Assembly (NCBI GenBank): GCA_965649765.1
Contig: OZ287749.1
Coordinates: 95,976,001 to 96,040,000 of the forward strand
Length of the DNA: 64,000 nt
Origin: Bispira polyomma
Lineage: Eukaryota
Direction: 5' to 3'
The notes under the pieces are model-generated. The model was not told the DNA's origin and did not search any database. It saw only the letters and a list, made by a program, of their open reading frames with translations. Positions 25,801 to 39,169 of the stretch are shown here, in pieces (position 1 is the first letter of the stretch; each line of letters begins with the position of its first letter). The translations under genes and the position numbers were made by a program.

Positions 25801-28800
25801 AGGACATGATCAATAGTGTCGAATGTAGCTGAGAGATCCAGAAGGGTGAGGGCCACTGTGTCGTTGCGGTCCAGTGCAAGATTGATATCATTGCTGATGG
25901 AAAAAAGGGCACTTTCTGTAGAGTGAAATTTTCTATAAGCAGACTGGTGGCGATTTTCAATGTTTTGTCTATTAAGGTGGTCAGAAATTTGTTTAGCTAC
26001 AGCTTTCTCAATGACTTTTGAGACGAAGCTAAGGTTTGACACCGGTCTGTAGTTTTTGAGATGGTTTTTATCAAGCCCTTGTTTTTTAATCAAGGGAGTT
26101 ACATTTGCCGTCTTGAAACAGGTGGGAAAAACACCATCCCGAAGAGAAAAATTTAATATATTTGTTATGGGTGTGACAAGAATGTCAAGACATTGACTCA
26201 GAATAACTGCTGGGATGGGATCTAAGTCACAAGATTTAATAGTAGAGGATTTGATGAGTTTCAGAACTTCAAGCTCTGACAGTGTACTAAAATGAAACAG
26301 GTTACAAATCTTATATCCTGGGGCTGGAGGATTGAAGTGATGTATCGTTGGGAAGGCGTCACGAATGTTGCTGATTTTTTCTATAAAAAATTTTCCAAAT
26401 TTTTCTGATAAAAAAGTAAGACAGTGGTTTATGGGGAGAACCTTCTCTGATGTTCGATGTAGAATTTTGTTTATGGAGGCCCATAACCTTTTGGGATTAT
26501 CCTGATTTTCGGTGATGATGGAGTCGTAGTGTTGCTTTTTGGCATCAGTTATTAGCCTGTTGTAATTATTTGTGGCGATACGGTAACGGCTTCTGTCTAA
26601 GGAGGATTTTGTGCGTCGCCATTGACGCTCAAGTTGGCGTTTGCGTCTTTTGGCTTCTGTAATGGCGGCATTGGTCCATTCATGGTTGTTAGTTGGGGGA
26701 AGGGTTTTTGATACCCATGGCGCATGTTTATCAAGGACAGTAGAAAGGCAGTGATTGTATTGTAAGCTAAGGCTTTCAGCATTTTTGCATGGATGTTTGA
26801 TGAGATTTGTTTCCAGGATATCGTCTTCTGTATTTTATGACACAAGGTTTATGTGAGGCAGGTATTGGTAAATTTAAATAGGCGAAGGTTGCTAGGTGAT
26901 CTGAAATCCCATCAGTTACCCATGATTCTCTGATGAGATTTGAATTTGGTCTTGCGATTACCAGATCGAGTATGTGATTGTGGATGTGGGTTGAAGTAGA
27001 GATAAACTGTGAGAACCCAAAAGTGTCGAGGAGGGTGTTGAAATCTTTTGTCGCAGTATTTTCTATGTCGAGCTTGATGTTGAAATCACCAAGGATGATA
27101 GCTTCAAATGGGAGAAGGTTAAGGGTCTCAAGGAATTCGGAAAACTCTTGAGTAAAACTAGTTAAAGAAGGGATGGGTGGTCTGTAAAAGGAGGAAACTA
27201 GGAATGAATGATAACCGTTTGAAATTTTGCATGAAATGTGTTCGAAAGACGAGTAGGACTGGTTTTTTAGAATTTCACAGGAAAGGGTATTTTTCACAAA
27301 AATGCCAACTCCTCCCCCGCGTTTGTGCAACCTGGGGAACTGATGAAATTTGTAGCCCGGAGGAGTAATATCCGATAAAAAGGATGTTAATATGGTACAT
27401 GTATTGTACACAAGTTGAGATATCTTTCACTGGCTCTTGTAAACTACACTATAAAAGTGGCACTTTAGCATCATCTGTAATTCTTTGTCACCCATTTGGC
27501 CAAAAAGTACATGTGTGTTGTCTATTCACACGTCTTCCAATGAAGGAGAATATTTAAAGCCTCTGATTATTCATTACATGTAGCCAAGGACCAACAAACG
27601 ATGTTAATTCTATCACGGTGTTTGTTTTTGGTTTGAAAATTTTCCATATATATAGATGACAAGAATAATAGGTGGTATTTTTAAATGGGCCACAACAATT
27701 ATTATCACCCACACAAATATTCAGTTAAATAACTATCTCCCTTTGCCTATGATTTAAACTGCTAATTTATATATCTCTGAGATTAAGTCTTTAGATTTAA
27801 ACATACTGTACTATTCTTTAACTTGCAAACATTAAAAATGGATTGCACAATCAAGTACATTTGCAGGCATTTTAGTGCCTATGATATAGTTAGGAATCTA
27901 ATGCCCCTTTCACACTTGACGGTATGGTAGACAAGACCAAGCGTTGCCAAAAGGTCTTGGAACTTGTCTGTACATCATGTAACATATTGGCTGTTCCATC
28001 TGGGTGAAATATAGCCCCTTGATATTTGTCGAGAGAAGTTTTATAGATGAAAACAGACAATTCCTGGCATGGAAGACCTAGAGTAATGATACAGAAATAC
28101 TCTTGAAATGGGCGGAAACACGCGATTGCTCAGGTAGAAGACTTACAGTAGTGATACAGGAATACTCAAGAACACTTGGAAATGGAGGGACACATTTTTA
28201 CACCTTGCACGGGTAACTGTAGAAGGTTAGGAAAGAAAGCTAAACTTATGAGGAGTTATAACTTCTCTTATTGCCTCTCTCAAAACCGCCATAGTGTGAA
28301 CACACCACATAAACAGCTAGACTTGATAAATAGATTTAATCAGACCAAAAATCACATGAAATTGTTCTGATATGACTGATTCAAACCTACTTACTGGTCA
28401 TTACTTCTTTATCAATGTCACATGATTAAATAACAAACCAAGAATGAGTCACAAATGTAAACAAGACATAAAAATGTAGTGGTATGTGACTAAACTTCAG
28501 TTAATAACAGACAGCACACTGAATGTACTTCCTCTTATAAATACTACAAATACAGCAGAACCTCGATTATCCAAACATGCTGGAAGAGCATGATTTTGTC
28601 TGGAAAAAAGAAGGTTCATAAATTGAGGGGAGGCACTTTTAAAATTTAGTATTATAGAATAGGAAAATCAAAATTTACAAGAGTGAAAATGTGTATATAA
28701 TTTTTTTTTCCAAATAGAGTCCACTGTTAAATTGCTAAAATCAACATACTTAGACTTCTCTTAAAAACTGTACCTCACTGATAACCACACCTAAAACTGA

Positions 28801-31800
28801 ATTGTTTTTGTATATCATCTATACCACATGGTATAAATGTTCACAAAAACTACTTAATGTGTCAAATATGACACATTCAAGATTCATTCACATCCACATA
28901 CTTTATGACATTCCTGTAGAATTTCAGTTATTTCAAATATGTAATAAATTCTTGTGGTAATATGTGAAAACGATAACCCTTGTGTTCAGTTGTGTGTTAA
29001 ACTTATGAAAAGAGGTAGTAACTAAAATAACCCGAGTAGGAGCATAAGCTACATTGCCAATGTTTTAGATATACCTAAATGGTCTTTACCCATTTCATTT
29101 AAATCAGTTTGAAAAGTTAATACAGTCTTATGTTCAGGGTTTAAATTCAGACATAGATTTCATGACATTAGGTAATATAAAAGATTTCAATACAATGCCA
29201 CCTTTATGAATCATAGTAAAATTTCAAAGGCTGGTTGAACCTCAGAATTTGTTGGTGGATAAATAAATCACAATAAAAAAATATCTGAGATACAGAGATA
29301 TAAACAATCCCATATGTACTTCACTCAAAAGGAGTCACACTTAATTAGAAGGATTGTGACAAAGCTTACATCTGCTAAGAACCTAATTAGATTCACACTT
29401 TTTGTTTAAGGAGATATCACACAAAAACATGATACAAAATGGATTCACAAAAGACGAATATGGATTTTCTTCACCATAAACAGCAGTCCTGTTTGTCTTC
29501 AGCCTTAATTAGGACCTTGTTACATGGTAATCTCATACCACTGGAGTGTCAATATATTCAGGATTTACCACAACAAACCAGGTTATTTAATGCAAATAAC
29601 CACAGTCAAAACAGACCCTGCCACTATTTACAAACCAACACACAAGTTGCCCAGAGAGATATCCCTATATGTATATCAATGTTGGTAAACAATTGCCCTT
29701 TCTTATTCCATATGGTCAAATTATACAAGTAATCTCTATAGATCTCTTCTTTCTGTATACACTACATTTGTATAGAGATATGGTATCAAGAAATGGGACT
29801 AATTCACGGTATAAGAACTAGTAGGTCATATTTTGATCATATTACAAAATCACAGCACTAAACAATTAGTGAGCGTTTCCATTCATGCCATTTTCTGAGG
29901 TGATTAGCCAACAGCAATTTCATTAGTTTCACTGATTTAAAACCCAAGTGTTTCTATGTAAACAACGCCAACATGCGGCGGACACGGCAGCCAATTTTTT
30001 TTGCTCCCGGTGGCCTTAATTTTGGCTTTATTGTGCTTTTTGTTGCATCAAAATCGGTTGAGAAGTAGCTGAAATATATACCTTTAAATACAGGTATCAT
30101 TATTTTTAAAATAATAAGGTCACCACATTTAACTATTCTTACTTTACTGAAAATTACATGACTGTTTGCCCTTCTCAAAAAGAGATTGAAACCGTAGAAA
30201 TCCTGAGAAAAACAATATTTAATCTCTCGTCAAAAGTAGTTCAATGTTGGCACAATCTGTATATCGATGTCTGACTTTCATATTTCTATCTTGCATTTAT
30301 GATTAATCAACAGTATTAAAATACCAAACATCAATATAGTACTGATCAAGGGTTCATGGTCATTTATTAGTTTTGTCCCAAGAAAAACAAATTGCAAGTT
30401 TTAGTTTCTGACCCAAGTTGGGATATATTGAGGACTTGATCATATATAACCAATATACACTATCCAGTAACCATACACACTTGACTGGCTTCATTTATTC
30501 AGTAAACAGTAGATCTACACTTTACACAAGACATTTAATGGCCCAATATATCAGACAACTTATTAGGGATTCGGCTTTAAATATATATACTTACCATTCT
30601 TATTAATACGAAAGTTATAAAACTAAATAAAGATTTAAAAAGATTACAACAGAACATCACTTATTACTCTGCAGTGAATTTCAACATAGCAAGCACATAA
30701 TTATTATTTTATTCTCTAGAGGCACTGAAATTTGTTCTAAAACAAACTAAGTTAGTTCAGTCCAGCTTAATAAACCGTATGAGACAGTTTGACTTGTCTG
30801 AAATCCTGACCAATTCAAAGCACTTTATCTATGGTCTCCCTTAAATCTTAACATCAACTTTTAAGGTTCACTCTTAGAGTAAACTTCAGTAAAAATCTGT
30901 TTGAGTTCAATGCTAAAAGCTTTTCTTAAGTGAATGATTACAAGTTATTTTTAATAGATAAGGACTTCCTCCCATAAAGCCATGTCAGACATATGTAAGT
31001 TTGAGCTTGATTTTCTCTGGAGAATACAAGTCTATTGCTCACACTTTTGTTTTTGTTGCATCTCTCAGACTACAGATTACCAGTGTGGATGACTCTACCA
31101 GGTAACAATATCCCATTTGTATATACACATGTATCTTACAAGTATATCTCAATTCTTCTTAACTAGAGCAGTGATGGGCCCAAAACATGTGGCCCGAGTA
31201 ATAGCAAACGTCTAACCATCTCTAACCATGATACCAGTACATTTGAACCATTATGTTATTACTTTCTTCCAGAACTTATTCTCATTTTATAGTACATGTA
31301 ATATTTTAACAGCTCTATTTTACTATCTCTCAAATAATTGTAGGCTCTGGGAAAGTGTGTGTTTTGATTACCATATTAGCAGTGAAAAAACATACATACA
31401 GCTCCTCTTCAATTTCACTATGCATATTTCTTCGTTGGCACCGAAAGGGTTAAATTCCAGGGCTGTTTAAAATTGGGACTTTTTAAAAAATGTTCATATT
31501 GCCAGGACCATCTTTCTTTTCTAGGTTTTCAAGGACCTGTAACAACTTTGGTAGTAATCATAACGCATGCTGTAAACAACAGATACAACTTGGCTCTGCT
31601 GTAAACTTATAAAGAGGCTTGCTACTGCTGGGATTCTATCCTGGGTTGTCATGGATCTTAAGAATAATAGTCCAGTAAACTTACAGTTGAGCTAAAGGAG
31701 AAACCCCAGAAGCCTGAGTGTTTAATGCACTGATATACATGGCTATTACATGCCTCTCCCTCACAAAGACCCGAGGTCTTATACTACTACCACATTAACT

Positions 31801-34800
31801 CTACTAACCCACTTGGCTTATGAGGGGGGGGGGGGGGATCTTGCCACTGAACTCCACCATGTTAAAAAAACGATTTAACTAGGCTTTGCTGTAAACTTAT
31901 AAAGAGGCTTGCTACTGTTGGGATTCGAACCCGGGTTGTTATGGATCTTAAGATTAAAAAGTCCAGTACATTAACAGTTAAGCTAAAGGGGAAACCCCAG
32001 AAGCCGGAGTGTTTAATGCGTTGATATACACAGATATTACAATACATACCTTTCCTACTAGGATTGGAAGATTCATGGAGTTTGTGGCAAAGCCCATACC
32101 AAAGGTAATGCAATCTTCTACACCCAGAAAGTCGGCTACAGTAGCTTCCAGTTCTCTGTGGACAGACTGACTACCTACAGCACAAACAAAAACACATAAT
32201 ATAGTGCCCTGTAACCCCTGAATACTAAACAACAGGACTGATTACCTACACAGAACACAAAGTATAGTGATTCATCATATCTGAAATTCTGAATACTAAA
32301 CGTTTGGGATTGGGCAGTTACAAGGTCCAACGAAAACAACTCGTAAACATTGTATTCAAATTGATACTTAGCACATCGATCTTTACCTTTATCTGGTATT
32401 TGAGGAGTTGATTAACCTTTTTCGACTACCCAAGTATATGGAGGTTTCTATTATGACATGTACTACAACGATCCTGCCAAAGTCAGACATTTTGCTCGGA
32501 TTAGCTATTGAAAACGAGGTTCTGAGCTAATTCTGTCAAATTCAGATGTTTGCAAACTGACAAAAATATTCTGTTATCGCATGCATAACACACTGTTTTG
32601 GGTTGTAATCTTCTTTTACATGAAAAAAGATTTCTTTTAAAATTACTTTTAGGGTAATTTGGTTGTCCATACAAAGAAAAACAACAGCTGGCAAATAATT
32701 TTAATAGATTTAGCCTTCATGGTTGTCAATATGGCCTAAGTTCTTCACAAATAGAGCAGTTATAAATATCTGATGTTTTGGAGTATATTGTGCTTTTCTA
32801 TTAAAAGTATATGAATCATTAAGAGTTACTTATGGACACAACCTTATGATTTCCAGTAATACTTGCTATGAAATGTTACTTTTTAAGATAGTTATTATAA
32901 CTTTATAGACATTATAAAATGTTCGATATTGAACATGACTTCATTCGTTTTGGAATTGAACAAACTTCTAACTTTCACTGATGCACTAAACTTGCAGCAC
33001 TAAGTTATAGCAGAATCTCCATTATCTACACACCATAGAAAGACTGGGCAATCTGTTCAGGTAATCAAATGTCAATAACATTGTAGTATACAACACTACC
33101 AAGAGTGTATAAAGTATGGGCAAAAAAGTAAGTCTACAAGATTGAATATTCAGATAACAGAAGTGTGAATACTAGAGGTTTCTCTAGTGTAGTTATTACC
33201 AAGCTCTTGTCTCGTACTGACCACTCCACAACCAAACTTTTTGATGGCTTCTGCTGTGGCATCAGCACAAATACCCTGATTCTGTGCATAGCCCAAGTAA
33301 TTGTAGGAACCTAGGTTGAACACCTCTGTTTTGGTACCAGTGAAACTGAATGTAGAGACGACAAAGCATGATGCATCAGTGTTAACAAATCATCAGGATT
33401 TAAGGCTTAAAATCATCATCAATTCAATTAAGGTTTTGAGTTGTTATTTTTATCTTTGGATATTGGGCATTTACACACAATGGATTTATTCTGATTCTTA
33501 AGCACAAAATATCATATTTTAACTTATAACATGCAAGTTGCGTTTACTACCCACTGATGTAAGTGTAATTATAATCTGAGCGGTCTGGACAGTTACCACT
33601 CTTCTCTTGTTCTTTCTACACATAAATACATTGCCCCTGTGTGGTGTTTAATCAAATAAATACACAAAAAGAGCTTTCCATTTTTTTAAGATGAAAAGAC
33701 ATAAGAAGGTCAGAATACAAGAGCTATGAATCCTACACAACCACTGATGTTTAAGCAGAACTCACTTGAAAGTCCAGCCATTGTCAGGACTCACTCGGTC
33801 CATCAGTTTAAAATGGGCACCAGGCATGCTGCATATTGGTTTGTTCCAACAGTCCCGAATACGTCTGTAAATGTTACGGGTGTAGAAACTCTCAAAACTT
33901 TGATAGAGTGGAACCCAGCCCTGGCAAAAAGAGACAACGTGCAAGAAGTGCAAGACAAGAACATTCGACTAGTTGTTTTATATTGAACTACCTCATTAAA
34001 AATTTAAAAGATTTTTTCCATTTCTGCATGTAACACAGGACAAAACAAATGATAAATACAAAAAAAAAACAAAAAAAAACACAGTATGCTGATAATTTTA
34101 TCATATAATTACTGACCGTGTGGTATAGGTAACATTTTATAAACATATAAAAAAAATTTAATTGGTTTAATCAGCTGTATGTTAACTATTATTGATTCTA
34201 TTGCGCCAGTTTTCTATTTTCTTAATGACTTGCTTACCTTCTGTATTTTCTAACACTGGTTTAAAGTATAATATATACCTTTTCAAGTGAATGTAGAATT
34301 TATTTACATTTATTTGTTTTTCATTCAAATACCACTTGAAAATATAAAATTTTGCTTATAGAAATAAAGTGTTAACTTCTCTGTGGTGTATAATATTTTT
34401 TTTTAATTTTTTAATTGTATCCCAAAATTATATCTCTTAAACTAAAAATATGTTATATTCTTTTTAAAATTTTCCCACAGTTTCAAATAAATTTAACCAG
34501 TATGTTATAACTTGTGGACATTCATAAAATAGATGCGCAATAGTATGGGTATCTGTCCTACAAATGTAACAATTTGGTTCACTCCTTTTTTTATTTGACA
34601 TGCAAGACAAGAACATTCTACCAGTTACCAAAAGAATAAACACATGGAAAATCCTATCATTTCGAAAAAGCCATTTCCGTTAAGACTGGTACAAAAATTG
34701 AACAAATACCTTTCAGCAAGCTCAACATCATGTCTACACAGACAACATTAAAAACACGAAGGCAGAGAGCGCTGAGAAACGATCACATATCGATAATGTT

Positions 34801-37800
34801 CAAGAGAACCAACCAAAAGACAAAAATATAACCACCTAGCTTGAATTATACCTAGCTATTGTATTTCTTTGTATAAATAACCAAATTACCATAAAACCTA
34901 TTTTAATAATTTGTTTTTTACATGATTTTGCTTCAATTTCTCGAATTGCCGAATATGCAAATTTGACCGAACTGGCTCTGAACCCCCATTTTCAAAAGCT
35001 ATTCTGACTAAACTTTCAATCTTCTGCAAAGACTGCTAACAGTAAGATAAAACAGTGAATTTTATTATTCCCCACATCTTATATTTTCACTGACAAAAGC
35101 TGAAGACTTATTACCTTACCAATGCTCTGGTCTGGCATCAAAAGCATTTTTTATTTAATTCTAGGGTAGAATATCTTTGGTTTAGGGTCTTCGTTTATTG
35201 TCAGAAAAGCATGAATGTGTACATATATATCTTAAATATATCCCCAAACTCACTGTTTTACTTGTATATATGTTACACCCAATTAGTAAAATTGCCCATT
35301 ATGCAAAACACATGATGGAAAATGCGGTAATTAGTAGGCCAAAGTACTAATCGTATTTAACAAACACATGAAATAACAAATAAATATATTAAAACGGGGG
35401 ACATATCCTCAGTTCCAACCAGTCATAACTACCAAAAAAGGAGTAAAATTATACAAGGAGATCGTAGGTAGTGCTCTCTACATGTTTCTTCGCTACCCTG
35501 TACCCACCCCATGATCTCATTGTTTATAAATAAACAATTTTCGATAGAAATTAGTGTTGGTTAACTTTGTCAGCGTTATTCTAATGAAGTTACTAATCAT
35601 TTTTTTACTTACTGGTTTAGTTTCTTCAGTCAGCTGTTGAGCACGAACGATTCCCTTTCTTCGAAGAAAATCTCCGAGATGACCAAATGTTACCAAAATT
35701 GCTAGGCTCAGATAGGTAAAAATTGCCATAAAAAGAGGAATATCTTCAAAGCTTTCATAGGTCTCTCTCGGTTTCTGAGATTGTCTACCCTCTGCTGGAA
35801 CAGCCCCATTGGCATGATTCTGATTCTGAAAAAATAATAATTAAGAAAACGGGGTGAGACATGCGTGTTACAACATGTAGTGTGAAAAATGTTGCCAATT
35901 TAAAGGTCATTTCTGCAGGTATTCTTTTTGTACAGGGGTGTGAGAATTATATACAAAATGTAATCTGGTAAAATAAAGCTTGTAACAATGTTATTTTGCT
36001 GTAAAATCAAAAATTATTGACAAATTTTAAGGCTGACACTGAATAGCCATTCTATAACCGCGGAAGCGCCTGATCTCGCATTATCGCCCATCCCCAAAAA
36101 TGTGCCAAAAAGATTCTAAACACCCAATTTTACACACAAAAACACATACCAGACGTGATATATATATCAATTACCTTATAAAAGCTACTTTCCCTTGCTT
36201 TATACATCCATATTATATTATTTAATCTAGTGTTTATAACGTAAACAAACCACATAATTTTTGGTATGACGCAGTTAGTTGACCTTGTTTGCTGGCCTCC
36301 GACATCATAACGGCCAATGCTCACATAATCATCCACCCTGGTTTCTCTCTAATTTCGCCCAGTGGGCGCTCCCGCGGATGATTTCGGTAATCCCATTAGT
36401 TAAAGTAATTCGGAACGATTAAACAATTAATCTAATTGGCATAGTTTCTTGGACTGATATATTGATTTTAAGCTTAAACAATAAGTGGAAAAATTACTCA
36501 CCTAAAACAAAAAACTCACCTTAAATACAGTACATTTGCCATAAAATGCTTAATCAACTAGTAAAATAATTATTCTCTATATGTCATGTTGAAGCGAATA
36601 CTAATTAATCTACTCTTCTCTTTAAACCTTACTTTTTGAATGCATATATCAATGGAATCGTCTAAATGTGGGGAAAATGTTTCCAAAACATCTTCGTTTT
36701 TACTTATTTACATGAAAATGTGTGATAAGTAAATACAATGTATTGGTAAATAGTCTGATATTATCCCCAATACGGTTTCATTCAACTTCCCTTTATTGTT
36801 AAACCCATTGCTCACTCTGGTTCTAAAGGGAGCATACTGACCACGTTGTCATGTATGGCCCAAAGACCAATCTGCATTTACAGCCAGGTACCCATATATA
36901 CACCTGGATGAAGAGTGACAATTTGTTGAAAGTACCATTGACTGTGTGAAGCATGTTTGACTAGCGACCACAGAAACTTGCCACCGTCATTTCGCAACCG
37001 AAACTCACGACCACTAATCATTTAAAATATATAAGTTAATATTTTAATAAATTTCATCATTCGTTAATGACGTCTCATCAATTAATACATAAATTAACAG
37101 TTAAATTTGCAGACCTTGTGTTTCTATTTAGTCCGTGGCTGATGTAGAAAAAATAAACAAAAAAGAACACTGCATACCTAATTTTAGAAAGTTAGCACAA
37201 AAACATGGGTTTGATGAATTTAAGCATCACCGTCGATAACCAGTGACTCTTTTTATTTTCAGAAAGGAAATACACTAGTTAATAAAATGAGTTGAAAATG
37301 TGTTTATTATTAGAAATAGTCCACGATTTTTAAGTTAAAATAAGGAAAACAATATTTCCTTTAAACTTGTATTAGATTTAGATACTGATGGCGGATGAAT
37401 ATTAATACGAAGAGCTTTCAGTCACGGTTCCATGGATTGAAGCTACACCTTTCTTCTACGGCATCGAAAAAAAAAAATAAGTATATACATACAGTGCAGT
37501 ATAATAATAATAATAAGATATTTATTAAAGCAAATGTTAATATATTGTTTGGTTAAATACGCGGATTTATTTCATCAACTCTTGTAAGTATATACACATA
37601 TTTGCTAGAGATAAATATAGCTACTGTCAGGGACTTCAGTTAATTGCTTCCTTCCAAGTTCTATATGTGTAGATATAAGGTAATAAATGTTGGCAATTCT
37701 TGCCGAGTCAAAGGTCAGAGACAATTAAATATCCTTATATGGAAGTTGGGTGCTTTCTGGGGTGATTGTTCACATTACACATGCTTCACTTCAGATATAT

Positions 37801-38499
37801 ATCAGCCACTGACTTAATAAAAAAAAAAAAAAAAAAAAAGGTCCACAATTAATTTATCTATAAATCGATGAAATTCATTAAAGAGTGATGACATTTTTTA
37901 AAATATTAACTTATAATAAATATCTTTTGTAGCAAAATATTGTTGGCCGTGACTTAAATTTATTTTTGATGCCGTGGAAGAAAGGTAAAACTTTAATCCA
38001 CGGTACCATGACTTAAAGCTCTTCGATATTAATAATATGCAGTAAATTGCCTTACATCGTTGGAAACCGGTAACGCAAAGATACGTGTATGGTAGGATAG
38101 TTGTATTTGATAGTTGAAACTAGCAGTACTTAAAACTAGTGCTGGGCCAAACAACTTCAAAATATGCCAAATTACATACACAATCGACAGCATTTTTAAC
38201 ACTCCCAATCGCATGTACGGCTGTTAAATCACGTAAAATTCATGATCATATGACAAAACAGGTGAGTATGTTGAAACAACCGGTGATTTAGCCACACCTT
38301 TTCATAAACAATGTCGAGCATATTTACAATATCTGGATCTTGGTACATGCTATACACAAATATACAATTTCAGACGCAACGATAACCTATAGCTTACCAG
38401 CCGTGATCCTTTTGATGCTCTATGTATTTCCAAATCATTATTATTTTCATTTCTTTTTGAATTAGGAACCAAAGCAGACACTTCCTCAAAAGCAACCAT
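13824..38499 (-). CDS. SPTLC2: Serine palmitoyltransferase long-chain base subunit 2 (LCB2; SPTLC2/3 type), 13 coding exons, 561 aa
   Basis: Exons join in frame with GT-AG sites: 38398-38499, 35613-35825, 33766-33920, 33200-33345, 32050-32174, 22035-22128, 21567-21672, 20569-20788, 18890-19016, 17865-18000, 16393-16522, 15055-15155, 13824-13854 (1686 nt including stop). Motifs: [70 protein letters not shown] (PLP lysine), VVVGFPATP. Confidence 0.95.
15055..15155 (-). CDS. SPTLC2: SPTLC2 exon 12
   Basis: [17 protein letters not shown]...DPDFRQ, acceptor TGCAG. It ends at AG|GTAAGC, which reads AGG-TAA if left unspliced. Confidence 0.85.
16182..16370. mobile_element. Tc1/mariner MITE (same family)
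   Basis: TA-CAGTAGAACCTCTATTACCC...AGATAATAGAGGGTCCACTG. Confidence 0.75.
16393..16522 (-). CDS. SPTLC2: SPTLC2 exon 11
   Basis: [43 protein letters not shown]; CAG/GTAAAC. Confidence 0.95.
17865..18000 (-). CDS. SPTLC2: SPTLC2 exon 10
   Basis: [42 protein letters not shown]; CAG/GTAAGT. Confidence 0.95.
18890..19016 (-). CDS. SPTLC2: SPTLC2 exon 9
   Basis: [28 protein letters not shown]...IMGKDGSDE; CAG/GTAAG. Confidence 0.93.
20569..20788 (-). CDS. SPTLC2: SPTLC2 exon 8 (PLP-binding lysine)
   Basis: MEGSII...[12 protein letters not shown]...[20 protein letters not shown]; CAG/GTATGT. Confidence 0.97.
20870..21300 (-). mobile_element. L2-type LINE 3' fragment in SPTLC2 intron 7
   Basis: The tail TTATTGATG...TCTTCTAAAGCGCAACA is shared with 24610-24660. 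Remnant translation AISIAAPYV...SKKSKYLSL resembles the RT C-terminus. Confidence 0.7.
21567..21672 (-). CDS. SPTLC2: SPTLC2 exon 7
   Basis: [34 protein letters not shown]; CAG/GTACAG. Confidence 0.95.
22035..22128 (-). CDS. SPTLC2: SPTLC2 exon 6
   Basis: [31 protein letters not shown]; CAG/GTAAGT. Confidence 0.95.
23267..23490 (+). mobile_element. tRNA-derived SINE (V-SINE-like)
   Basis: GGGGCTGCAGTGGCCTAGTGGTTAG head; AAAGTTTGTCAG...TTTCTTCCACCATTAAATCTGGCCATCGTGATATGACCTAAGCTGTT body. Confidence 0.75.
24579..27383 (-). mobile_element. 5'-truncated L2-clade LINE (APE endonuclease + RT, frameshifted) in SPTLC2 intron 5
   Basis: APE motifs RGGGV, YRPP, GDFN, HILDL, ISDH (26776-27411). RT motifs [61 protein letters not shown] (24732-26093). 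(ATA)n tail. Possible TSD ATGTTAAT (24571-24578 / 27384-27391). Confidence 0.93.
27903..28305. mobile_element. Degenerate Harbinger-like MITE; relative at ~18421-18720
   Basis: GCCCCTTTCACACTTGACGGT...ACCGCCATAGTGTGAAC termini. Internal sequence (GGCTGTTCCATCTGGGTGAAATATA, TACAGTAGTGATAC) is shared with the 18421 copy. Confidence 0.5.
28553..28726. mobile_element. Tc1/mariner MITE (same family)
   Basis: TA-CAGCAGAACCTCGATTATCC...AATAGAGTCCACTG. Confidence 0.7.
31598..32041 (-). repeat. Two tandem ~150-bp copies of a tRNA-like/SINE head (31598-31750, 31888-32041)
   Basis: Direct repeat GCTGTAAACTTATAAAGAGGCTTGCTACTG.... The minus strand has B box GGTTCGAATCCC in the second copy. Confidence 0.7.
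32050..32174 (-). CDS. SPTLC2: SPTLC2 exon 5
   Basis: [37 protein letters not shown]; TAG/GTATGT. Confidence 0.95.
33200..33345 (-). CDS. SPTLC2: SPTLC2 exon 4
   Basis: [21 protein letters not shown]...STRQELG; CAG/GTAAT. Confidence 0.95.
33766..33920 (-). CDS. SPTLC2: SPTLC2 exon 3
   Basis: [35 protein letters not shown]; CAG/GTGAGT. Confidence 0.95.
35613..35825 (-). CDS. SPTLC2: SPTLC2 exon 2
   Basis: [32 protein letters not shown] (N-terminal hydrophobic segment), bounded by TTTTTCAG and GTAAGT. Confidence 0.9.
37401..38033. mobile_element. Foldback/MITE remnant in SPTLC2 intron 1
   Basis: ~75-bp imperfect inverted repeats at 37401-37475 and 37961-38033. The interior is shared with repeats near 54680-54820 and 57570-57720. 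Confidence 0.6.
38398..38499 (-). CDS. SPTLC2: SPTLC2 coding exon 1 (MVAFEEVS...GSRL)
   Basis: AAGATGG start context, 34 codons, donor GTAAGC, phase 0 matching exon 2. The sequence is not conserved, so the call rests on signals and phase. Confidence 0.65.
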
Positions 38500-39169
38500 C
38501 TTGTTTTGACTGATGTTTACCGAAACACTAGCTGTCGTTTAGATTTAAGCTTGGAAACGTACAAGGTAGCACGTTACTATAATTTTATGGAATTTGTTGA
38601 TGTAAATGATATAATCTCATCTAATCTAGTAGGTTTTATGCAGTTTATCCATCTTCACTTTAATAGAGAAATTGAAACACCATAGCATCCAAATTATAGG
38701 CAAAATTCATAAGAAAAGTGTCATAACCGAAGTCCTCAACAAAAATTTTAAACATTTAATCAAGAAAAACGAAATGCTATGTTGGTCAGGCCCAGTTAAA
38801 AATGTAAGAGTTAAGATGGTTTCGAAAAAAAGAATGCTTTTTGCTGTCCAAATGTGGAGTACAAAGAGCCATATATTATAATGATATATTGAAATGGCTA
38901 TAATAATAATAATTTTCTTTTGATATAGTGCAGTTATGAATACCACTGTTATCTAATGCGATATTTATTGAAAAATATGGATATGGAAATTTTTTGGTAA
39001 ATGGATTAGTATTGTGTATAAAGAATCTTCATTAGTAATCATAACAATGTGTTGTTCTCACAAAAGATAACTATGCAAAGAGGTGGAACTGTTTTTTTAT
39101 CATGTCTGTAAAATGACTAGCTGTTAAAATTCAATCATATTACATGCATTAGCATAAACTAAAATTTGT

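Noticed and set aside
31888-32041. Functional tRNA gene (likewise the heads at 4482, 23267, 47203, 50511)
   Set aside because: A/B boxes are present, but I could not fold a proper cloverleaf, and each continues into repeated SINE-like sequence.
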